From: Mesotaenium endlicherianum
Lineage: Eukaryota
Reading direction: 5' to 3'
DNA length: 53,345 nt
Assembly (NCBI GenBank): GCA_009602735.1
Contig: WELA01003458.1
Location: forward strand, 1-53,345
The first letter of the stretch is position 1; each line of letters opens with the position of its first letter. The notes below the pieces were generated by a model that made no database searches, was not told where the DNA came from, and saw only the letters and a program-made list of their open reading frames with translations. Positions 18,450 through 26,007 of this stretch are shown one piece after another. Made by a program: the position numbers and the translations under genes.

Positions 18450-20459
18450 TTATTTGGTTTTTCCATCGGTTGCTTTATAATCAGCCGCCGCTTTAATTGT
18501 ACCGGTTCCGTATATGATAGGAACATTCGATCCGGGAGCGCTTACCCTAATGTATCCTTGCATTTCCTGGTGAAGTGCAGAACAGAAGTCGGTGCAATAG
18601 AAGGGAAATACACCCGCTTTTTCAGGTACCCATTTCAATGTTTGTGTTTCGCCCGGCATGATCAGCAGCTCTGCATTGTTGGCGCCCTTGATGGCAAAGC
18701 CATGCGGAATGTCCCAGTCCTGCTCCAGGTTGGTAACATGGAAATAGACGGTTTCTCCCAGCTTCACCCCTTCTATATTATCAGGCGTAAAGTGCGAACG
18801 GATAGCAGTCATGTACACATGCACTTCATTGCCTTTGCGTTCTACCCTCGTATAATTATCGCCTTTGGCTGCAGCCGGGTGGGCATTTTCTTCTATCTTA
18901 TAGATCTTCTGGCTGTTCTTCATTACCAGCTCTGCAGGGATGGCCTCTCCATAGTGCGGTTCTCCTATGGTAGGGAAATCAAGCAGCAATTTCATCTTAT
19001 CACCGCTGATATCATAGAGCTGTGCACTTTGCGACAACTCCGGTCCGGTAGGCAGGTAACGGTCTTTCGTGATCTTGTTATAAGCGATCACATACTTACC
19101 CCAGGGTTTCCGGGTAGGTCCGCCTGGAACACTCAGGTGTCCGATAGAATAATAGGTAGGTACACGATCGAGTACTTTCAGGTCTTTGATATTCCATTTC
19201 ACAATTTCCGATGAAACAAAGAAAGAAGTATACGCATTTCCCTGATCGTCGAACTCTGTATGCAGCGGGCCTAATCCCGGTTTCTGCACTTCTCCGTGCA
19301 AGACCGCATCGTACTTCAACACAGGGATATCGTCATACGTGCCATCGAAATTTTTATCGGCAATCGCTTTCTGTATTTTGGTGAAGGAAAACACCGGAAT
19401 GGTAGCCGCCAGCTTGCCACTGCCTACTATGTATTCACCGGTAGGATCGGTATCGCACCCGTGGGGTGATTTGGGACAGGGCATGAAATAAACCATATCG
19501 GGACAATCTTTTGGATCCAGTACCAATACTTCATTCATAGTAGTTGAAGTAGCTGAGTGTTTTTTCTCGTCGTATTGATTATGGGTATATTTCACTGTTT
19601 TTTTAACGCCTTTACCGGCTTTCAGGTATTCTTCTGCTTTTTTCCAGTTCACTGCCATAATAAAATCCTTATCCTTTTGAGATGCATTCACTTCGAGCAA
19701 AGTGTTGGCTTTTTCTGAGTTATAGCAACTGAAGAATACCCAGCCATGTGACTTTCCTTTGCCGGCACGCGCCAGGTCGAAGTTGACACCAGGGGTCAGT
19801 ATCTGGAAAGCCAGGTTCATTTCACCTGAATTTTTATCTATGTTGATGAAGCTAACTGTTCCTTTGAAATTTTGTTTATAAGAACTAATCGGTACATCGG
19901 TATGATCTCCGAGGGGTATACTGAAACGGGTGCCTGCCACTACATACTCTGAATTTTCCGTAATAAATGGTGACGAGTGGTTGCCGGCACTATTGGGTAT
20001 CTCAATAATTTCAACAGTGCGGAAAGTTTTCAGGTCAACCCTTGCGATACGTGGCGTATTGTTGGCATTGGCAAACACCCATCTTCCATCGTGCAGGCCA
20101 TCTGTTTCTGATAATGCAATATGGTGCAAGTCATCCCAGGGAATAAAGCCGTTGGATGTGTTCAGCATGGCTTTGCTTTCTTCGCTGTAGCCATATCCTT
20201 TTTCCGGATCTACAGAGAAAACCGGGATCACACGGAGCAGCCGGCCGGATGGCAAACCATAGACCGACATCTGTCCGCTGAATCCTCCCGAAACAAAATC
20301 GTAAAACTCATCGTATTTACCGGGTGCAACATAGGTTTTCAAAGCAGCATCACCGCTGATAGCAGCCTGTGAGCCTTTGGGTTTGCATCCCAACATTTGC
20401 AAGGATGCACCTGCCAGCACCAGTGTTGCGAGCAGGGTTTTGTGGGAAAAGAATTTCAT
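18450..20459 (-). CDS. nosZ: Sec-dependent (clade II) nitrous-oxide reductase
   Basis: CuZ His motifs DLHH, GNH, PKSPHG, GPLH, IGH, EPH; CuA PHGF and CTDFCSALHQEM; no twin-arginine signal; SGGFSGQ..VYGLPSGR. Confidence 0.98.
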   Translation of the reverse strand: MKFFSHKTLLATLVLAGASLQMLGCKPKGSQAAISGDAALKTYVAPGKYDEFYDFVSGGFSGQMSVYGLPSGRLLRVIPVFSVDPEKGYGYSEESKAMLNTSNGFIPWDDLHHIALSETDGLHDGRWVFANANNTPRIARVDLKTFRTVEIIEIPNSAGNHSSPFITENSEYVVAGTRFSIPLGDHTDVPISSYKQNFKGTVSFINIDKNSGEMNLAFQILTPGVNFDLARAGKGKSHGWVFFSCYNSEKANTLLEVNASQKDKDFIMAVNWKKAEEYLKAGKGVKKTVKYTHNQYDEKKHSATSTTMNEVLVLDPKDCPDMVYFMPCPKSPHGCDTDPTGEYIVGSGKLAATIPVFSFTKIQKAIADKNFDGTYDDIPVLKYDAVLHGEVQKPGLGPLHTEFDDQGNAYTSFFVSSEIVKWNIKDLKVLDRVPTYYSIGHLSVPGGPTRKPWGKYVIAYNKITKDRYLPTGPELSQSAQLYDISGDKMKLLLDFPTIGEPHYGEAIPAELVMKNSQKIYKIEENAHPAAAKGDNYTRVERKGNEVHVYMTAIRSHFTPDNIEGVKLGETVYFHVTNLEQDWDIPHGFAIKGANNAELLIMPGETQTLKWVPEKAGVFPFYCTDFCSALHQEMQGYIRVSAPGSNVPIIYGTGTIKAAADYKATDGKTK

Positions 20460-20483
20460 CTGTCTGTTATTTGCGTTATAGGA

Positions 20484-20954
20484 TTATTTTTCTCCGTCGT
20501 TGTTCCGCATGAATTCCAGCACTTTGCGGGCGTCTTCTTTGACCAGGTTCTGGTTGGGCATGCGCACCATACACTGTTCCAGCAGTTTTTGTGCATCGGG
20601 GTCCTTCTCCAGCATCATGTCTACGTTGGTAATCATATTCATGATCCAAACAGGCTTTCTGCGTTTGGTAACATCTTTCCATCCTGGTCCCACCAGTTTC
20701 TCACCGCTAAGGCGGTGGCAGGACTGGCACTTCATTTCATAAATGCCTTTACCGGCGCTTACCCATTCTGCATTCAATGGGTTTGAAACAATTACATCGG
20801 ATTCTTTTAATTCGGCGCCATGTGTTTCAGGTTGGTTTTTGGTCATTTCCTGAACATCTACCGGTTTTTCGTCTTTTTTAACCCCTTCTGAACAAGCCAC
20901 TGCCAGTAGGGTTCCGGAGAGTAAACAGATCGTTAATGGTCGGATGATTTGCAT
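20484..20954 (-). CDS. Lipoprotein cytochrome c at the head of the nos operon
   Basis: LAVAC lipobox, CQSCH, VRMPNQ. Start set at ATG 20954. Confidence 0.92.
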   Translation of the reverse strand: MQIIRPLTICLLSGTLLAVACSEGVKKDEKPVDVQEMTKNQPETHGAELKESDVIVSNPLNAEWVSAGKGIYEMKCQSCHRLSGEKLVGPGWKDVTKRRKPVWIMNMITNVDMMLEKDPDAQKLLEQCMVRMPNQNLVKEDARKVLEFMRNNDGEK

Positions 20955-21011
20955 GGTATTATTTTTTAGTGAATGCACATTTATTAAGAGAGTCTTTTGT
21001 CTTTTATTGAT

Positions 21012-21107
21012 CAAAAGTATCCTGCCTGCCGTGCCTCATATATGACCAATCTCAAAAAAGTGAATGATCTTTATCAGGAAGGATGGAAACAGGCATTTTT
21101 ATTTTTG
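21012..21107. promoter_or_regulatory. Divergent nos / RIC-paralog promoters sharing two Crp/Fnr-type sites
   Basis: TACTTTTG (-) 21019-21012; ATGAC-caat-CTCAA 21042-21055; ATGAT-cttt-ATCAG 21064-21077; TATTTTTG (+) 21100-21107. Confidence 0.72.
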
Positions 21108-21112
21108 TTTCC

Positions 21113-21883
21113 ATGACGCCATCCAACATTTCTGGCAAAGACGATCAGTTGCCATTGATAAATAAGCAAATGCCTGTTACGGAAATTGTGCAGAAAGATT
21201 ACCGCACAGCCGATGTATTTCTCAAATATGATATCGAATTCTGCTGCGGAGGCAAATGGCCGCTGGAAATGGTATGCGAATCCAAGCAACTGGATACTGC
21301 TGTTATATTACTTGAACTGGAAGAAGCCTGCCGGTTGATACAACTCCCGCAAGGGAGCAGGTTTGAAGACTGGGGCACCGGCTTTCTGATCGATTTCATT
21401 CAAAATGTTTATCACCGGTATTTTAAAAAAGCGCTGGAGACAACTGTCAATTATACCAATCGCTTCCTCGAAGGGCATCTCAAAAAATTTCCCGAGTTAG
21501 AAAAAACGCCGGAGATTCTTCACAAGCTGTCATTGGCCATCAACAAACGCATGAACAACGAAGAAGAATCTTTCTTTCCTTATATCAAACAGGTTACCAA
21601 CGCTTACCTGCGTAATGAATCGTATGCAGGTTTGCTGGTAAAAACATTGCGCAAACCATGGCAGGAAACCATGCAGCAGGAATACAGCGAAGCAATAAAA
21701 TGGCTGGATGAGCTGCGTTCTATTACAAAAGATTACTATTTACCTGATAATGCCTGTACCACACACCGCGTTAGCTTTTTAAAATTGCGGGAATTGGATC
21801 ATGAACTCACGCAATACCTGCAATTGGAGCATACCATATTATTACCCAGGGTTGTTGAGGTGGAACAGGCGCTGCTGGCCTGA
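21113..21883 (+). CDS. RIC-like protein (ScdA_N/DUF542 plus degenerate hemerythrin)
   Basis: IEFCCGG, FFPYI, PDNACTT; collinear with the ric copy but several His ligands are replaced. Start set at ATG 21113. Confidence 0.85.
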   Translation: MTPSNISGKDDQLPLINKQMPVTEIVQKDYRTADVFLKYDIEFCCGGKWPLEMVCESKQLDTAVILLELEEACRLIQLPQGSRFEDWGTGFLIDFIQNVYHRYFKKALETTVNYTNRFLEGHLKKFPELEKTPEILHKLSLAINKRMNNEEESFFPYIKQVTNAYLRNESYAGLLVKTLRKPWQETMQQEYSEAIKWLDELRSITKDYYLPDNACTTHRVSFLKLRELDHELTQYLQLEHTILLPRVVEVEQALLA

Positions 21884-21941
21884 TGCAGATTACAATCACT
21901 TTATTATATTTACAAACAGATTTATTCCTACTATTTGCGCT

Positions 21942-23180
21942 ATGCTGGACCAGGCTCATATGACGTCTTTATTCGAGAATGCCACCGAAGGTATCATCCT
22001 TACGGGCCATCACGGCAATATCGTATTGGTAAACCCTGCAGCAGAGCGTATGTTTGGCTACCAGAATAAAGAGATCATTGGTCAGCCCATTGAAATATTG
22101 ATCCCTGCGCAGTTCAAGGCACACCATCACCATTTGAGAGATGGGTTTTACAAAACCCCTTCCAACCGTGTGATGGGCCAGGGGCGGGATCTGTTTGGCA
22201 AAAAAAAAGACGGCTCAAATATTCCCGTTGAAGTGAGCCTGAGTCATTATAAAAAAGACGACGAACTGTTCGTGATCGCCTTTATCGTAGACATTACACG
22301 CCGGAAAGAGATCGAACAGAATATGCTGGAGCAGCAAAAAGAACTGCAAAAAGTATCTACCGAGATCAGGAAGCTGAACGCCGAGCTGGAAGTGAAAGTA
22401 GAAGAACGAACGGTTATCCTTAAAGAAGCGCTTCAAAAACTGGAACAGTCGCAAAGAGAGCTGAGCGAAGCGCTTGATAAAGAAAAACAATTGAGTGAGA
22501 TCAAAAGCCGTTTTGTTTCTATGGCTTCGCATGAATTCAGAACGCCTCTCAGCACCGTTTTATCTTCCGCTTCGCTATTAGCTAAATATACCACTACCGA
22601 AGAGCAGGAAAAACGGAGCAGGCATATCGATAAGATCAAAAGCTCTGTACGCCACCTGAATGATATACTGGAAGATTTTTTATCCCTCGGAAAGTTGGAT
22701 GAAGGAAAAGTAGCAATATCCATCTCAGGATTCGATCTCAAATCATTCATCGATGACACCACGGAAGATATGAAGGGTCTGTTGAAAAAAGGGCAGCATA
22801 TCCAGGTGGATTATAGCGGGGAGCATTTCATTCATTCTGATAAAAAATTATTGCGGAATATTACCATTAACCTCATTACCAATGCCATTAAGTTTTCCGA
22901 TGAAGACAGTGGTATCAGCATACAGACCTCCGTTAACGATGAAATTGCCTCCATTACGGTAACTGATCATGGTATCGGTATTGCACCTGAAGACCAGGTG
23001 CATTTATTTTCCAGTTTCTTCCGGGGAGCCAATGCCAACAATATTGCCGGTACCGGGCTGGGGCTGCATATTGTGAAACGCTATACCGATCTGCTGCAAG
23101 GTCAAACAAAATTGGAAAGTGAACTCCAAAAAGGAACACGTGTAACCATATCCATTCCTGTAAATCATCCTGCTTCATGA
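21942..23180 (+). CDS. Cytoplasmic PAS sensor histidine kinase (FixL-like)
   Basis: NPAAERMFGY...IG..IEILIP....HH......RVMGQGR..GKKKDGS..PVEVSLS; H-box SHEFRTPL; NAIKF, DHGIG, GTGLGL; no TM segment. Confidence 0.93.
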   Translation: MLDQAHMTSLFENATEGIILTGHHGNIVLVNPAAERMFGYQNKEIIGQPIEILIPAQFKAHHHHLRDGFYKTPSNRVMGQGRDLFGKKKDGSNIPVEVSLSHYKKDDELFVIAFIVDITRRKEIEQNMLEQQKELQKVSTEIRKLNAELEVKVEERTVILKEALQKLEQSQRELSEALDKEKQLSEIKSRFVSMASHEFRTPLSTVLSSASLLAKYTTTEEQEKRSRHIDKIKSSVRHLNDILEDFLSLGKLDEGKVAISISGFDLKSFIDDTTEDMKGLLKKGQHIQVDYSGEHFIHSDKKLLRNITINLITNAIKFSDEDSGISIQTSVNDEIASITVTDHGIGIAPEDQVHLFSSFFRGANANNIAGTGLGLHIVKRYTDLLQGQTKLESELQKGTRVTISIPVNHPAS

Positions 23181-24232
23181 AAACCATCTTAGTCATCGAC
23201 GATAATACAGATATACGCGACAATACTGCGGAAATCCTGGAAATGTCCGGTTACAAAACATTTACTGCCGAAAACGGTAAGAAGGGTGTAGAGGTAGCCA
23301 TCAGGGAAAAGCCAGACCTGATCGTTTGCGATATTATGATGCCCGAGCTCGATGGATATGGGGTACTGCACCTGCTCCGCAAAAACCCCCAGACGCAATT
23401 CACTCCCTTTATTTTTCTTACAGCCAAAACAGAACGTGCCGATCTTAGGAAAGGTATGGAGATGGGGGCTGATGATTATATCACGAAGCCTTTTGAAGAC
23501 ATTGAACTGCTGAATGCCATTGAAGTGAGGCTGAAAAAAATACAGTTTCTGGGACATCATTACGCTATGTCGCCATCCGGTATCAGCCAGTTCCTGAAAG
23601 ATGTAAAAGATACGGGGAGTTTTGGTCAGCTGGCAGAGCAATACAGCATCGAAACATACAGCAAAAAACAACCTTTATATCATGAGGGAAAGCGCCCCCG
23701 CTATCTCTATTACCTCGTAAGGGGGAAGGTGAAAGCTTTTAAAATACATGAAGACGGCAAAGAATATATTACCGATATTTTCAGCGACGGCGATTTCATC
23801 GGATACCATGCATTGATCAACGATTCGAATTATGCAGACAGTACCATGATACTGGAGGAAGCGGAGATCATGCAGATCCCCAGGGAAGATTTTTTGCAGA
23901 TGATCTATAAAGACATCCAGGTGGCCGCCAAATTCATACACATCATTACACAAAACATCAAAGAGAAAGAAGAAAGGCTTATCAGCCTGGCTTACAGTTC
24001 TCTCAGAAAACGTGTAGCAAAAGCTCTGGTAGACATTCATAGTAAATACAACAGCAATGGGGGTTCGAACCCCATTGAAATATCCCGGGACGATATTGCT
24101 CATTACATTGGTACTGCAACGGAATCACTCATTCGCACCCTTAGCGATTTTAAAGCAGAAAAACTGATACAGATCAAAGAAAGCAAGATCATCATTACCG
24201 ATATCGGCAAGTTGCAGAACCTGTTGTATTAA
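23177..24232 (+). CDS. Response regulator: REC plus cNMP-binding-like plus Crp/Fnr HTH
   Basis: VIDD..CDIMMP..LTAK..ITKPF receiver; SRDDIAHYIGTATESLIRTLSDF Crp HTH; ATGA overlap with the kinase. Confidence 0.93.
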   Translation: MKTILVIDDNTDIRDNTAEILEMSGYKTFTAENGKKGVEVAIREKPDLIVCDIMMPELDGYGVLHLLRKNPQTQFTPFIFLTAKTERADLRKGMEMGADDYITKPFEDIELLNAIEVRLKKIQFLGHHYAMSPSGISQFLKDVKDTGSFGQLAEQYSIETYSKKQPLYHEGKRPRYLYYLVRGKVKAFKIHEDGKEYITDIFSDGDFIGYHALINDSNYADSTMILEEAEIMQIPREDFLQMIYKDIQVAAKFIHIITQNIKEKEERLISLAYSSLRKRVAKALVDIHSKYNSNGGSNPIEISRDDIAHYIGTATESLIRTLSDFKAEKLIQIKESKIIITDIGKLQNLLY

Positions 24233-24684
24233 AACCACGACTCAATACTGTCTTCTTCCTGCGGCACTCCTTTCTGGACGCCTGTTACCGGCTCGGACTT
24301 TAAAGGCGCGATGCTTTTGGGACGTGTTTTTTTATGTTGTATCCGGGCTTCTTCTACCTGGGCGCCTTCTTCAATATCCAGTACAGGGCAGTTGAGTTTA
24401 CCCCTGATACGCGCAGTATTGGCAATGACGGCCTTCTTACTGCTGGAAATATCTCCTTCCACTGTTCCGAATACCAGCAGGTCAGACGCATCTATATTCC
24501 CATTGACCACTCCGGTTTCGCCAATTACCAGCTTATCCTCTGCAACGATATCACCCATCACCGTGCCGTCGATCCTTCCTGCTGTGGCAGCGTTGATGTT
24601 TCCGTGTACGATCACTCCCCTGGAAAGAAAAAAGCCAGCGGTATGTGCACTTTGTAAAATATTTTTCAGACTTAACAGGCTCAT
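24229..24684 (-). CDS. Bactofilin (polymer-forming cytoskeletal protein)
   Basis: Beta-helix repeats GRIDGTVMGDI..LVIGETGVVNGNI.A..L.VFG.VEGDI.....ARIRG.L....LDIEEGA. Confidence 0.9.
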   Translation of the reverse strand: MSLLSLKNILQSAHTAGFFLSRGVIVHGNINAATAGRIDGTVMGDIVAEDKLVIGETGVVNGNIDASDLLVFGTVEGDISSSKKAVIANTARIRGKLNCPVLDIEEGAQVEEARIQHKKTRPKSIAPLKSEPVTGVQKGVPQEEDSIESWF

Positions 24685-25754
24685 TGCTTATGGGGAGTGG
24701 GTGTGGGAGTAGCTGGCGTCAGGTCTTTATCCTGGAATACCGATACCGTAGTGCTTGAATTCCCAATGTCGATGCCCACACTTCGCTGCTGCTTGCCATC
24801 GGATATACGGAATGAATTATACAGGTAACCAATGCTGGCCAGTTTTTCAGGTTCTGGCGCCACTTCCACCTGGATACTTCCATTGAATTCATTTTTAAAC
24901 GCTTCAACCAGCTCCGGGTAATAAGCGCCGCCACCCATGAGGTAAATTTTTTCACAGATTTCAAAATCCTGGTCGTTGAAATACTTGTTCAGCAGCAAAT
25001 AGATCACTTCCCTGAAATACTGGTTGAGTATACTTTTGCGCAAACCTTTGATATCTACATTTTCACGGTTGATGAAAATAGACCCCTTGCGAAACGCATC
25101 ATCCAATTGGTGCACGTTTTTCATTTTGAGGTAATAGCGCTTGCTTAACTCCTGGTGAAGATTATCGATGGCATATTGTAATCCATAAGAGCTGAAGCAG
25201 GTGCGGTGTACGAGCCCGTTTTCCGTTGCCATCCCTCCTTCAATGGTTCCAAAGCCCAGGCTGATGGCAATGAAATTCGTAGGAGGTTTGTTGCCGAGTA
25301 TTTTTTTCAGTCCGATGATACATCCTACGATCTCCGGTATGACATCAAAATTATCAACATCGAATGTGGTTCGTTTAACACTTCCATTTACATTATAGGT
25401 CTGGGTATCGTATTCAGCCATGAAATGCCTTTTACTGAGGAATTGTTCAGCGTTTGTCTTGTACACACTGTACGTAGAAAACGGAAAACCCATTGTAACA
25501 GCAACGGGTTGTTCTACTTGTGCGGCTACGGTAACAAGCGCCGATTTAAACAATACTTCATAGTCTTCCAGTTGTGGTGAAGCATTGGTGACATGGTTGG
25601 GATTGACACCGGCTCTTTTTGCCAGGTTGCCCACCATGTACCAGGTGTCTTCTTTTTTGATTTTTAATCCGTTCAGCAAGTCCTTAGCAGAATTTTCGGT
25701 ATTGCCGAAGGTGGTTTCCAGCACACTGGGGAAGTTAACAGTTAATACTTTCAT
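24681..25754 (-). CDS. ParM/StbA-like actin-family ATPase, apparently circularly permuted
   Basis: FPSV, YMVG..A, TMGFP, VIPE (connect-1), ISLGFGT (phosphate-2), LMGGGA (adenosine), LASIGY (connect-2), then VGIDIGNSSTTV (phosphate-1-like) near the C-terminus. Confidence 0.85.
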   Translation of the reverse strand: MKVLTVNFPSVLETTFGNTENSAKDLLNGLKIKKEDTWYMVGNLAKRAGVNPNHVTNASPQLEDYEVLFKSALVTVAAQVEQPVAVTMGFPFSTYSVYKTNAEQFLSKRHFMAEYDTQTYNVNGSVKRTTFDVDNFDVIPEIVGCIIGLKKILGNKPPTNFIAISLGFGTIEGGMATENGLVHRTCFSSYGLQYAIDNLHQELSKRYYLKMKNVHQLDDAFRKGSIFINRENVDIKGLRKSILNQYFREVIYLLLNKYFNDQDFEICEKIYLMGGGAYYPELVEAFKNEFNGSIQVEVAPEPEKLASIGYLYNSFRISDGKQQRSVGIDIGNSSTTVSVFQDKDLTPATPTPTPHKQ

Positions 25755-25950
25755 CTAATACTTTATTTTAATAGTCAGGTAGACAGGGGAAAGGGCACTC
25801 AATTCAGAGTAAGTAGAGTTGATGCAATAGCAAGTGTTCTTTAAGTATTAGTATGGGCAGAAATATGCTACCAATATCAAGCCAAATTTGTTTTGGCAAG
25901 TAATTATTCTAATAAATAATTGATAAATTATCTTGAATTTCATTAAAATC

Positions 25951-25991
25951 AAGGAGCCCTGGCCAGCATGCTGCACTGACCAGGGCTCCTT
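25951..25991 (-). terminator. Hairpin after the glycan operon
   Basis: aaggagccctgg / ccagggctcctt 12-bp stem just downstream of the 26008 stop. Confidence 0.7.
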
Positions 25992-26007
25992 ACCGGAAGA
26001 CTTTTCT

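Noticed and set aside
18411..19214. 267-aa antisense ORF over nosZ, and the many other shadow ORFs in the track
   Set aside because: They lie inside well-supported genes on the opposite strand or in another frame and show no recognisable motifs.
21801..21941. N-terminal extension of the PAS kinase
   Set aside because: It overlaps the upstream gene and is not domain-like; ATG 21942 directly precedes the PAS domain.
25915..25935. GATAA-A-TTATC palindrome as a Fur or FNR box
   Set aside because: Short, in very AT-rich DNA, and it does not fit the N4 spacing of the other sites.
24681..25950. Plasmid or prophage ParMRC partition system
   Set aside because: No ParR-like small gene, iteron array, replication gene or integrase nearby; the partner is a bactofilin.
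25755..25950. Frameshifted N-terminal phosphate-1 segment upstream of the actin gene
   Set aside because: An in-frame TAG directly precedes the ATG and I found no DxG-type coding segment in the adjacent upstream sequence.
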